Shown here piece after piece: positions 10,227-19,941 of a DNA stretch of 64,000 nt (within the stretch, counting starts at the first letter, position 1; each line of letters opens with the position of its first letter). The notes under the pieces are model-generated. The model was not told the DNA's origin. It worked only from the letters and a program-made list of their open reading frames with translations, and made no database searches. The position numbers were made by a program, and so were the translations under genes. The stretch is taken from sequence record MW879344.1. One strand, 5' to 3'.

Positions 10227-10258
10227 AAAAATAAAGGCCAATATGCAAATATTGGCCT
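10227..10258 (-). terminator. Terminator-like hairpin directly downstream of a TAAATA element
   Basis: - strand AGGCCAATAT-ttgc-ATATTGGCCT-ttattttt. Confidence 0.65.
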
Positions 10259-10272
10259 GGATATTTATTGAA

Positions 10273-10911
10273 TTATAGTATTTCGTCATCCCATTTTGCC
10301 GCATTACGAACTGTGTCGTAATCTTCAGCAGCAGAGATAGCAGCTTTAATTGTACGTTCTTTAATGTATAAAGAGCTAGTATAATCAAATAATTCTTTTA
10401 CTAATTGCTTAAATTTAACTAAATCGAATGGAACTAAAACACCATCTACTGTTTCAAGTTCAATTGAACTTGGGAAGTTAGATTCATCTATTAACGCAGC
10501 ACTGATAAACAACTGGATATTAGCACGTGAAGTAGCACCTGCATTATATGAATGACCATCGAAGGTAAAATCATTATAATACATGGAATCACGTTTAGCA
10601 GTAACACGACCAAGAAGGTCGGTTTTAATATCATCTAATGGCATACGTTCATAAATGTAAGTATTAGTAACTTCAACTGCATCTTCATCGAAAGTAACAA
10701 CCTTTTCTTTGAAAATCATGAACTCACCTGTGTTTTGATAAACATCATTTTGAGTCCAGAAACCTTCATCACGGCGAGTATCCAAGTCTAGCTTGGATAT
10801 GTCGCCATATGTATTACCTGTTTTATTACCACGAATATTGATTGGGTAGGTAATTGTTTTAAGAATTACCCAATCGCCTGATTCATTTTTAACTACTGAT
10901 AAGTAAATCAT
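10273..10911 (-). CDS. DUF4376-like tail-fibre-associated protein
   Basis: C-terminal KRDSMYYNDFTFDGHSYNAGATSRANI...W pattern; located between fibre genes. Confidence 0.6.
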   Translation of the reverse strand: MIYLSVVKNESGDWVILKTITYPINIRGNKTGNTYGDISKLDLDTRRDEGFWTQNDVYQNTGEFMIFKEKVVTFDEDAVEVTNTYIYERMPLDDIKTDLLGRVTAKRDSMYYNDFTFDGHSYNAGATSRANIQLFISAALIDESNFPSSIELETVDGVLVPFDLVKFKQLVKELFDYTSSLYIKERTIKAAISAAEDYDTVRNAAKWDDEIL

Positions 10912-10926
10912 CTTTATCTCCTACTA

Positions 10927-13900
10927 TTATGGACGTTGTGCAATGAACACATCATATTTAGAACCAATACCACAGTACACTACTTGACAGATGCTTACAG
11001 CGTTTGGATCAGTATTAACTTCACCACCAATGATTGCATAAGCAGTATCCCATGTTACAGTATGTCCACCAGTAGCATCTTGTGTTACATAGATGAACCA
11101 TGAACCTGCACCATTCACACCAGTAATTGGTTGAATTGAGGTATTTGCAGTTACGTTTACGTTATAAACGTTTGAAGTACCATCTGGAGTCCAAGTTGCA
11201 GTACTTACTGTTTCAGCAGCATGTTGAGCAACAAAGTATGTTCCAGTTTTGAATGATGTTGTTGTTAAGTTAGATAAATCAGCAGTTAAAGTACCAGTGA
11301 TTGTAATATTCTTAACAGTTGTATTACCAATAAAGTTACTTGTAGCATTAACAGTTAATGTATCTGCCGCTGCATCACCAATAACAGTGTTACCATTAGC
11401 GGTTAATGCACCAGTAATTGTAGCACTATTCAATGTAGCTAGACCAGAAGTACTCAAAGTGGTTGCAGATGTTGCAGCTAATGTTGTTGCACCAGTTACA
11501 CCTAATGTAGTGGTGATTGAAGCACTGTTTAGTGTTGCTAATCCTGAAGTACTTAGAGTACCAGTGATTGCAGTATTCCCAGCATTCAATCCAGCTAATG
11601 TACTTAAACCAGTTACACCTAATGTAGTCCCTACTGTTACACCAGCAGATGTAGTTACAGATTTGAAAGTTACATCAGAGTTAGTTTGATTCAATGTACC
11701 ATTAATTACACCAGTTACTGTAAAGTCACCATTAGTTACTACGTTACCGTTAACTTGTAGGTTGTTATTTGTACTTGATGGTGCACCAATGATTGCTGTT
11801 GCAGCAGTTAGAGAAGTTGCAGCGGTCAATGAACCAGCAGAACTAATATTTCCTGAAGCAGTTACGTTACGTGGTGAAATATCACGTGATGTTAAGTCAA
11901 TCTGTGCGTTTATAATACCAGTTACATCTAAATCACCAGTGATGATTGTATCACCAAATACATTTAGAACTTTATCAGTATCAGCAGTACCAGTACCAAC
12001 TTGTAATGCTTGAATCTTAGAAGTACCAGATCCATTAACAGTTAGAGTACCAGTCATTGCAGTATTACCAGTTACACCTAAAGTAGTTGTAATAGAGGCA
12101 CTATTCAATGTAGCTAGACCAGAAGTACTTAGAGTACCAGTGATTGCATGGTTACCAGAATTTACAGCAGCAAGTGTTGTAATACCAGTTACACCTAAAG
12201 TAGTTCCTACAGAAATTGCACCAGTTGTGGTTACTGAAGCAACATTCAAAGCCGCAGAACCTAAGTTTAATCCACCAGCAGGGGTGAATGAACCATTAAC
12301 AGTTACATCTCCAGCAAAAGTACTTGTAGCATTAACAGTTAAAGTATCAGAGCTTGCATTACCTAGAGTAATATTACCATTTGCAATTAATGCACCAGAT
12401 ACAGTAGCACTATTTAAAGTAGCTAACCCATTAGTAGTTAAAGTACTTAGAGTTGTTGCACCAGATACACCTAGAGTGGTAGTTACCGCAGCACTATTTA
12501 AAGTAGCTACACCAGAAGTACTTAGAGTACTTACAGAAGTATTTCCAGTTACACCTAATGTTCCGGCAATTGTTGTATTTCCAGAGATTTTTGGAGCACC
12601 TGTGATAACACCAGTAGTTAGAATTAAATCTGCACCAACGGTAGTTTTACCAGTACTTTCTAATGTTGCAGCTACTAGATTTGTTGCACTTAAATCAAAT
12701 GCACCATCAACAGTTAGGTCACCAACAACATGAGCATTACCAGAAGATGTTAATGATTTAACAGTTACATCAGCAGTACTTAAATCCACAGCACCAGGGG
12801 TTAGAGTACCAGATACTGATAAGTTACCAGTAATTGCAGTATTCTTAGCGATTGCTACAGTTGCATTCGTTGAAGTAATATTTCCGTTAAATGTTGCAGC
12901 ACCAGTTACTGTTGCAGCAGCGAAAGTCGCTGTACCTGTTCCAGTTAGTGTACCGATACTAGCGGTTGCAAGAGTACTTGTACCAGTAGCATTTAATGTA
13001 GTTATATCAGCAGTATTGATTGTTGCAGTAACACTTTGCAATACTGGTAATGTGTTTGTATTAACATTATCAGTAGCTGTGAATGTAAGAGCCGCAACAC
13101 TGGCTGAACTTAAACTAATTTGTCCACCAACAATTACGTCACCATCAAAAGTTGCTTGTTCTGTAGTATGAATAGATTTAGCTTCAATATCTACATCTGA
13201 TAGATCTAAACCACCAGCAAGAATTAATGTTCCACCAACTGTTAAATTACCAGAAGTAGTCACTGGAGAAGTAAAGTTTACTGCATTAGTACTATTTCCG
13301 ATACTTGAAGTTACTAAAGAACCCGCAGTAGCTACACCAGTTACTGTTGCAGATGCTAATGTTGCTAATCCAGAAGTACTTAATGTAGAAGCTGAAACAG
13401 CACCTAATGTACTTTGACCAGTTACGCCTAAAGTGGTTGAAACTGTAACTTTATTAGGAGCAATATCTAAACCATCAACATTTGCTTCAGCCGTTACACC
13501 AGTTGTTGTACCAGTTACTACAAGATCGTGAATAGTTGTTGTTCCTGTGCTTCCACCGAATGAAGTATTACCATCAACTGTTAATCTTCCACCAATAACT
13601 GCGTTATTTGTTACTGCGAATGCAGTATTTGGACCAGTTAATGATGCTCCAGCACCTAAGAAATTACCTGTCGCACTAACATCACCAGTAGAAGATATAG
13701 AACCGGAGTTTAGTGTTCCACTAATTACGGTATTTTTACCAATTGCAACATTTGTGTTAGTAGAAGTGATAGATCCGTTTACAGTTAGAGAACCAGTACT
13801 TTCTACGGTAGCACCCTTAATTGATGTTGTTGCATTTACAGATTGTGGTGCAATATCTAAACCATCAACATTTGCTTCAGCCGTTACACCAGTTGTTGTA

Positions 13901-15399
13901 CCAGTTACTACTAAATCTTTTACTTGTAAAGTTTCGTTGAAACTACCATCACCTTGGAATGTTGAAATTCCATTAATTTGTAAACTTTCACCAGTAAGTT
14001 GACCAGTTGATTTTACTTGTGCACCTTGCACCATTGCATCGGCAATTACAGAGTTTGGTGTAATATCTTGACCAGTTACATCAACTGTTAAACCAGTCAC
14101 GGAACCAGTAAACTCAACATCATTAAGTACTGATTTTCCTGCAACAGTAAGTTGTGCACGAGTTGTACCAGTAGTGCTGTTACCTTTAATATCAAGATAA
14201 TCAATACTTGCTTTACCAAGTGCAGTTAGACCATAGTCAGCATATGTAACATCACCAAAAATTACGTGACCTACAGTAGCTTTTTGACCTTGGAATTCGT
14301 TAGAACTTACTTTATAAGGTTCAATACTTGATTTAATATCTGATGGACGTGCTGGGTCATTGTATGTAAATTGAACAACACCAGAAGCACCAGCAACATT
14401 ATAAGTTTGGAAAGTAGCAGAACGAGTTGTACCAGTTACGTTACCACTGAGAATAACACTGTTTAGATTACTTTGACCAGTTACTGTTAAGGTTGTAAAA
14501 TTGCCATTTGCAATAGTATAATCACCACTTAAAGTACCATTAATAACTACATCTTGGAAAGTTGCAGTTGTACCAGTAGGCATTGAAAGATTGCCTTTTA
14601 AGTTGGTAGTTCCTTCTACAACTAGACTTTCTAATGTGGTTTCACCAGTAGCGTGTAGGTCGCCTTGAATGTCAGTTGCAGCTTTAATTGTTAAAGTATC
14701 TGATGAATCTGAACCAATTGTTACGTTGTTATTAAAATTGGATGTAGCATTTACAGTTAGAACATCAGTACTCGCGTCACCTAAAGTAACGTTATTTTTG
14801 AAATCTGAAGTTGAATTAACAACTAGATTATCAGTAGTATCTTCACCAACGGTAACGTTATTTTTTAAGTTAGTTGTTGAATTAATTGTTAGTGTATCAG
14901 TAGCATCTTCACCAACTGTTACATTATTTTTAAATGTAGAAGTAGAGTTAACGGTTAATGCATCAGCAGCAGCGTCACCCACAGTTACATTATTATTGAA
15001 TGTAGCTGGTGCAGCAAATGTTGAAGTTGCATTGACAGTTAATGTGTCAGTACTAGCATTACCTACTACTGTGTTTCCTTCAATTGATACATTACTTTTT
15101 GCAGTAATTGGAGCATTAAATGTTGATGTTCCATTTACAGTAACAGAATCGGCGTCGGAATCACCAAGAGTTGTGTTACCAGAAACTTGAACATTGTTCA
15201 ATGCAGCAGTACCAGTAGAGTTAACATCAGCTAGATTAGCAGTACCTGTGACTGTAATCTGTGTAAATGTAGCATTAGCAAAATTAATCGTACCACCTAC
15301 AGTAAGATTATTTGTAATGACTGCACTACCTTTAACCAAAAGATCTTTAGAAATCGTTTGATTACCAGATACGTCAAGATCCGTTTTTATAGAATACAT
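10927..15399 (-). CDS. Very long beta-repeat tail fibre (~1490 aa)
   Basis: Thr/Gly/Ser/Ala-rich repeats (GDA.TD.LTVNATS.F; TTLGVTG); C-terminal QDATGGHTVTW cap. A GGAGGG SD supports the MYSIKTD start at 15399 rather than 15450. Confidence 0.75.
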   Translation of the reverse strand: MYSIKTDLDVSGNQTISKDLLVKGSAVITNNLTVGGTINFANATFTQITVTGTANLADVNSTGTAALNNVQVSGNTTLGDSDADSVTVNGTSTFNAPITAKSNVSIEGNTVVGNASTDTLTVNATSTFAAPATFNNNVTVGDAAADALTVNSTSTFKNNVTVGEDATDTLTINSTTNLKNNVTVGEDTTDNLVVNSTSDFKNNVTLGDASTDVLTVNATSNFNNNVTIGSDSSDTLTIKAATDIQGDLHATGETTLESLVVEGTTNLKGNLSMPTGTTATFQDVVINGTLSGDYTIANGNFTTLTVTGQSNLNSVILSGNVTGTTRSATFQTYNVAGASGVVQFTYNDPARPSDIKSSIEPYKVSSNEFQGQKATVGHVIFGDVTYADYGLTALGKASIDYLDIKGNSTTGTTRAQLTVAGKSVLNDVEFTGSVTGLTVDVTGQDITPNSVIADAMVQGAQVKSTGQLTGESLQINGISTFQGDGSFNETLQVKDLVVTGTTTGVTAEANVDGLDIAPQSVNATTSIKGATVESTGSLTVNGSITSTNTNVAIGKNTVISGTLNSGSISSTGDVSATGNFLGAGASLTGPNTAFAVTNNAVIGGRLTVDGNTSFGGSTGTTTIHDLVVTGTTTGVTAEANVDGLDIAPNKVTVSTTLGVTGQSTLGAVSASTLSTSGLATLASATVTGVATAGSLVTSSIGNSTNAVNFTSPVTTSGNLTVGGTLILAGGLDLSDVDIEAKSIHTTEQATFDGDVIVGGQISLSSASVAALTFTATDNVNTNTLPVLQSVTATINTADITTLNATGTSTLATASIGTLTGTGTATFAAATVTGAATFNGNITSTNATVAIAKNTAITGNLSVSGTLTPGAVDLSTADVTVKSLTSSGNAHVVGDLTVDGAFDLSATNLVAATLESTGKTTVGADLILTTGVITGAPKISGNTTIAGTLGVTGNTSVSTLSTSGVATLNSAAVTTTLGVSGATTLSTLTTNGLATLNSATVSGALIANGNITLGNASSDTLTVNATSTFAGDVTVNGSFTPAGGLNLGSAALNVASVTTTGAISVGTTLGVTGITTLAAVNSGNHAITGTLSTSGLATLNSASITTTLGVTGNTAMTGTLTVNGSGTSKIQALQVGTGTADTDKVLNVFGDTIITGDLDVTGIINAQIDLTSRDISPRNVTASGNISSAGSLTAATSLTAATAIIGAPSSTNNNLQVNGNVVTNGDFTVTGVINGTLNQTNSDVTFKSVTTSAGVTVGTTLGVTGLSTLAGLNAGNTAITGTLSTSGLATLNSASITTTLGVTGATTLAATSATTLSTSGLATLNSATITGALTANGNTVIGDAAADTLTVNATSNFIGNTTVKNITITGTLTADLSNLTTTSFKTGTYFVAQHAAETVSTATWTPDGTSNVYNVNVTANTSIQPITGVNGAGSWFIYVTQDATGGHTVTWDTAYAIIGGEVNTDPNAVSICQVVYCGIGSKYDVFIAQRP
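13460..13521. repeat. 62-bp exact intragenic duplication (second copy 13850-13911)
   Basis: Encodes VVTGTTTGVTAEANVDGLDIA twice, 390 bp apart. Confidence 0.9.
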
Positions 15400-15500
15400 G
15401 TATGTAATCCCTCCGTTGGATTTAAAATATGGAAAACTATCCCAAATCATTTATTTCAAGTATTTATTGGGATGGGTTATATTGATCAGGGTTATATATG

Positions 15501-15532
15501 AAAAAATCCAGAAACATTAATTTCTGGATTTT
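15501..15532 (-). terminator. Intrinsic terminator
   Basis: AAAATCCAGAAA/TTTCTGGATTTT 12-bp stem with an A6 run on +. Confidence 0.75.
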
Positions 15533-15541
15533 GTTGGTTAA

Positions 15542-16402
15542 TTACTTACCACTTAGTACAACTTTACCACTGAATGTTACATTGGATTTTAAAGTAACAT
15601 TACCAGAACTATCAATTGCAGTTTCAACTGCAACCAATGCATAAGGGGAAGTACTAGTTGCTGAATCAACAGTGTTTTGATATACTGTAATAAAGATTGC
15701 ACCAGGAACTTGACCGTGAGTAGCTTGTGGGATTGTGATTGTAAATGCATCACCAGATGCTGTCCAGTTAGCCTTATTAATTAACTGACTGTATGGGGTA
15801 GTCATACTTGTTGCTCCTATAATTACTACGTTAACGTTTGAAGATGGTGCTGAGCTAACCGTTACTTTAATGTTGCCAGTACTATCAACTTCTATATCAG
15901 CATTTTCAACTGCACCATTAGTTTCTTGTAGCTGAACAATGATATTAGAACCTCTACCATGTGTTGATGCAGGTAATGTAAACACAAAGTTTCCACCTGT
16001 TGGAATAAATTCTGAAGGTGTTGCTGATGTTGTAGTTACATATGGTGTATCTGTTGTTTGTGAGCTAAAAGGTTTCCATATTCCCAAATCTTTTACATAT
16101 ATTTGTAATATGTTTGTAGCATCCACTTTATAATATACATCACCGTCTACGCCTAAGCTTGGGTCTGGATCTGTTGTTCCGCGTAATGCTGAACCTGATC
16201 CACCTCCACTATGTGCATTAAAATATGCTAGAGTAACTAGGTGTGTACCGTCAGATGGGTCTGCCGCACTGATTGGAATAAGACTTGTTCCTTGATAGTT
16301 ATATGCCTTAACTGCACCATTTTCAAATGCAAGTTTAGAACCATTTTTACCAAGGATAAAGGTCTTTTTCATGGTTCCTTCTAAATTAGAAAAAACTGCC
16401 AT
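15542..16402 (-). CDS. Virion structural protein with two tandem ~80-aa beta domains
   Basis: Repeats FTLPASTHG...DSTGNIKV and ITIPQATHG...DSSGNVTL; AGGAG SD; TAAATA at 16435-16440. Confidence 0.55.
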   Translation of the reverse strand: MAVFSNLEGTMKKTFILGKNGSKLAFENGAVKAYNYQGTSLIPISAADPSDGTHLVTLAYFNAHSGGGSGSALRGTTDPDPSLGVDGDVYYKVDATNILQIYVKDLGIWKPFSSQTTDTPYVTTTSATPSEFIPTGGNFVFTLPASTHGRGSNIIVQLQETNGAVENADIEVDSTGNIKVTVSSAPSSNVNVVIIGATSMTTPYSQLINKANWTASGDAFTITIPQATHGQVPGAIFITVYQNTVDSATSTSPYALVAVETAIDSSGNVTLKSNVTFSGKVVLSGK

Positions 16403-16450
16403 CGATACTTTCTCCTAAGAATGTTTGTTTATTGTATTTATGAACCCAAT

Positions 16451-16478
16451 AAAAAAGGGAGAACCGATTCTCCCTTTT
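16451..16478 (-). terminator. Intrinsic terminator
   Basis: AAAAGGGAGAA-ccga-TTCTCCCTTTT. Confidence 0.8.
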
Positions 16479-16482
16479 AATA

Positions 16483-17601
16483 TTAGATATTATCTTCAAT
16501 TGGTGTGATTGGAAGCTGTTTAGCTATAGTCACAATAATTGTCATCATACCAGTACTACTATTGTTCACAGATTCGTTAAAGATACAAGAAATTATTTCT
16601 TCTTCTGTGCTTATATCATGATTAACTTCGTTAACAATATAACGACTTGCATGATTTATATCAAAATAATCTGGTGGAGCAATTATAGTACCACCGATTT
16701 CTGATTGTGCTAAACCACCAAATCGTACTGATAGATCAGTTACTGGTGCATTATATGCAGTACTTACATTTACTTCTATATTAGTTACCAAATATCCTGC
16801 TGGACATTTGCCTATTACTAGTAATGCGTTTTCATATGAAGTATCTATAACATTTTTAATTGCATAAATGTTATTCGCATCAGATCCTGCTGGTCCAATA
16901 TCACCATCATCACCTTTAATACCTTGTGGTCCACGGAATAATATTCCAGGACTCCATGATTTTTGCCCATTACTCGCTTCTATCACATAATATAAGAAAC
17001 CAGTTTCGGTATTATAGAAAGTATATCCAGGATCTAAATTAGTTATTGATGGGAAGGTATCACCTTCTGAATTAATAATGAATTGGCCTTGTAAGCCTCT
17101 GTCACCTTTAAATTGATAAGGTCCATTCCAATCTGTAGTTGCTAAATCATAAATCCAAATAGTACCATCGGTAGTTCTATAAAATGTATAATTATCAACT
17201 AAACCCGTTGTAGGGAAAGTGGTTCCAGATGAATCAATTGTAAATGATTTACCTGCTGCACCTTGTGGCCCACGACCAAACGGTGCACTTATCCAAGTAC
17301 TTGTTGATTGATTAGCATCATTTGTTTTAAAGTACAATGATACAGGATCAACTAAACTTAAATATGTCCAACCTTGAGGTTTATCTTTATTAAAATCAGC
17401 ATTTGGAATTTCAAAGCCGATTTCGTTTGGATAAAAGTTTGTCCCATTAGCACCATCATGACCAACTACAAGTCCCAAATCTTCAATAGTGTTGTCATCA
17501 TACGTTACGATCAAATGTCCTGCATTATTAATAACTAAATTCTTAATACCTGAGCAGTTTGAGCAGGATGATGAAGACCCATTATTAAATGAAATTGTCA
17601 T
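16483..17601 (-). CDS. Collagen-like (Gly-X-Y) fibre/whisker protein
   Basis: GRGPQGAAG, GDRGLQGQ and GPQGIKGDDGDIGPAG segments separated by small beta modules. Confidence 0.65.
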   Translation of the reverse strand: MTISFNNGSSSSCSNCSGIKNLVINNAGHLIVTYDDNTIEDLGLVVGHDGANGTNFYPNEIGFEIPNADFNKDKPQGWTYLSLVDPVSLYFKTNDANQSTSTWISAPFGRGPQGAAGKSFTIDSSGTTFPTTGLVDNYTFYRTTDGTIWIYDLATTDWNGPYQFKGDRGLQGQFIINSEGDTFPSITNLDPGYTFYNTETGFLYYVIEASNGQKSWSPGILFRGPQGIKGDDGDIGPAGSDANNIYAIKNVIDTSYENALLVIGKCPAGYLVTNIEVNVSTAYNAPVTDLSVRFGGLAQSEIGGTIIAPPDYFDINHASRYIVNEVNHDISTEEEIISCIFNESVNNSSTGMMTIIVTIAKQLPITPIEDNI

Positions 17602-17636
17602 AGTTCATTCCTTTTTTTGTTATGCCATATTATCAA

Positions 17637-17642
17637 TATTTA
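17637..17642 (-). promoter_or_regulatory. Late promoter core TAAATA
   Basis: Lies ~35 nt upstream of the 17601 start, back-to-back with TATAAATA on +. Confidence 0.55.
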
Positions 17643-17667
17643 TCCTCTAATTTTACAATCACGGTAC

Positions 17668-17675
17668 TATAAATA
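17668..17675 (+). promoter_or_regulatory. T4-type late promoter TATAAATA
   Basis: Exact T4 late consensus 32 nt upstream of the 17708 start; a gp55-like sigma is encoded in the window. Confidence 0.7.
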
Positions 17676-17707
17676 AGATAAAGTTCATTATAGAGGACTA
17701 TAAGACT

Positions 17708-18205
17708 ATGGCTTTAAGATCAAAGAATTTTCTTTTTAGAAGAACAGGAAAAGATGGTAAAGTAATGGATTTCCAAGATACCGATTCATGGTACAACACG
17801 AATAATGATTATCATTGGAATGAAGTTTCATTACCTTTAGCGGCTGGTGGTTACTACGGAAGTACTACTGGCTTACATACACTTGCATTTACATTACGTA
17901 ATTTCATCGGACGAATTTATGTAGAAGCAACTTTAGCAAGTGAGCCTACCGCATTAGATTGGTTTCCAATCAAATTCGAAGAAAGTTGCAAATTTTATTT
18001 AGAATTTACCGATACTAAAATCTACAATCCTGATTCAGAGCAAACCATTTATCAACATGGTGTTACTGGAACATTTGCAGAAAACGTTGTTGGTAATTTT
18101 ACATATTTGCGGGTTGGAGTTCAACGTGATTATATTGCAGTTGAACCATCATTGCTTCAAAAGCAAATGGCTGGCAAATTAGAAGAAATTCAAATTAACT
18201 ACTAA
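17708..18205 (+). CDS. Putative virion structural protein
   Basis: 165-aa beta-rich ORF under a late promoter; GAGGA SD. Confidence 0.55.
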   Translation: MALRSKNFLFRRTGKDGKVMDFQDTDSWYNTNNDYHWNEVSLPLAAGGYYGSTTGLHTLAFTLRNFIGRIYVEATLASEPTALDWFPIKFEESCKFYLEFTDTKIYNPDSEQTIYQHGVTGTFAENVVGNFTYLRVGVQRDYIAVEPSLLQKQMAGKLEEIQINY

Positions 18206-18215
18206 GGGATTAGAA

Positions 18216-18824
18216 ATGAATAACAAAATTGAGCTACCAAGACTATTTGTTAAAGGACACGTACTAATCACCGATATTACAGATCCAGATAACGTTTCTA
18301 TTGTTGTTGATAAATCGAACGCAATACATCCTGAAAATATGAGTCAGGCTATTGCTAATTCTTTAGCTGCAAACGTAGATTCTCTAGGTATTAGTTTAGG
18401 TGCAATCTCTGAAATGAGATTTGGTAATGGTGGTACTGTTGTTCTTAGTACTGGTCGTGTTACTTACAAAACTCCACGTATCAGTTCCTTTGGTGGACTA
18501 TACTCAGAAACATATGCAAAAAAGATTAATGCTAATGTGAACGCAGGTGTTGAATCAGAATATAATAATGTAACCACTGTTCATATTCCTGGTCAAGTTT
18601 ATACAGATATAGTATGTTTATGTACTTTAGGATTAGGTGAACCATCTGATCAAAATGTCAGTAGTACTACTGATATGGAAGGAAATTATGTATTTGATGA
18701 ATTGGGATTATATACTGATGGTACATCAGGAATTGCCCTTTCTCACATTATATTCCATCCTGTGGAAAAAAGTGCTAACCGTATTTTGCAAATCAAATAC
18801 ACCGTTCGTGTACAATTGCAATAA
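18216..18824 (+). CDS. Putative baseplate/virion structural protein
   Basis: KSNAIHPENMSQAIA and FDELGLY...HIIFHPVEKSANR patterns of myophage baseplate-periphery proteins. Confidence 0.55.
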   Translation: MNNKIELPRLFVKGHVLITDITDPDNVSIVVDKSNAIHPENMSQAIANSLAANVDSLGISLGAISEMRFGNGGTVVLSTGRVTYKTPRISSFGGLYSETYAKKINANVNAGVESEYNNVTTVHIPGQVYTDIVCLCTLGLGEPSDQNVSSTTDMEGNYVFDELGLYTDGTSGIALSHIIFHPVEKSANRILQIKYTVRVQLQ

Positions 18825-18834
18825 GGAGATATAA

Positions 18835-19938
18835 ATGATTAACTATATTATCAAACGTAGTAACGGGAAAATTTATGCCTCTGTTCCAAACAACGTAATA
18901 CTTGGCCCAAATCAACCTAATCAAAACCCTGTTCCTATTAACCTTTTAGGACGTGATAAGGTTGGTTATGGTCAAGCATTGAACGAAAACTTTTTATGGA
19001 TGACAGAACATTTCTCTGGTCAAATTGCTCCACGAGGTTCAGTCCCTGGTCAAATATGGTATAGAAATACTTCCGGTACTGGTGAACTATTAATTTCATT
19101 AGTAGATTCAGCAAGGCAACCAACAACACCAGATACAGAATTAGATTGGGCAAGTATCCCAATGATTACATTGTTTAATACAGTACCTGATGGTGATACT
19201 TCAGTAATGGGTAGAATGGTTCTTACGAACAATGGCGATTCATTGAAAGTATTAATGAAGAACAAAGAATGGCGTGAAATTCAAACTACACGTCCAGTTA
19301 ATAAACAATATGAATCACTACTTGACATTAACTATGATTCTGGTGTAAAATATATTGCTTTTACACAATCAACACCTACCAAAACTATTGCATATTTTAA
19401 CTTAGGTGGAGCATCTATAACAGATTCTGACGGATGGGTAACTTTCCAAAATGGAGAAAGTGTTTTACAATTCGGATCAAATTATTTCTATGAATTAAGA
19501 ATTATGGGTCGTCAAGTTAATACTGATCAAACCACTGGTGAAGTAGTTCCATTCCCTAGTGTGTATAGTACTTGGATGATTAAAGGATCTTTTTATGTAG
19601 ATAATAAAGGTGCAATTGTTCCAGGAGTTACAACAGCAGTTAATATTCCAGACCCACGTAAAATAAGTGTACTTACACAAATTGTAGACACTATTGATAG
19701 TGTTGACCAATCATGGGGAATTAACGTTGTTATCAATGGAGCAGATCCAACACTACCTAATCCTAATGGTGTAACTAAAACTGATTATAATAATTATGTA
19801 ACAGCATCATTGAATAGTTCTAAACATTTAGGATTCAGAATTGAATCAACTATAAGCGGATTAAATGCAGGGCAAACAACGCTAACACAGTGGTCAGCGT
19901 TATTGCAATTGACAGGTATACCACCAGTTGGGGTATAA
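18835..19938 (+). CDS. Baseplate-attached fibre (T4 gp10/gp12-like N-terminus)
   Basis: LLGRDKVGYGQALNENFLWMTEHF...PGQIWY motif; AAGGAG SD. Confidence 0.55.
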   Translation: MINYIIKRSNGKIYASVPNNVILGPNQPNQNPVPINLLGRDKVGYGQALNENFLWMTEHFSGQIAPRGSVPGQIWYRNTSGTGELLISLVDSARQPTTPDTELDWASIPMITLFNTVPDGDTSVMGRMVLTNNGDSLKVLMKNKEWREIQTTRPVNKQYESLLDINYDSGVKYIAFTQSTPTKTIAYFNLGGASITDSDGWVTFQNGESVLQFGSNYFYELRIMGRQVNTDQTTGEVVPFPSVYSTWMIKGSFYVDNKGAIVPGVTTAVNIPDPRKISVLTQIVDTIDSVDQSWGINVVINGADPTLPNPNGVTKTDYNNYVTASLNSSKHLGFRIESTISGLNAGQTTLTQWSALLQLTGIPPVGV

Positions 19939-19941
19939 AAT

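Noticed and set aside
11249-15190. Several long + strand ORFs (11249, 11762, 12140, 13547, 14669)
   Set aside because: Shadow ORFs antisense to the Thr/Gly/Val-repeat fibre gene; low-complexity V/P/A translations and no SD.
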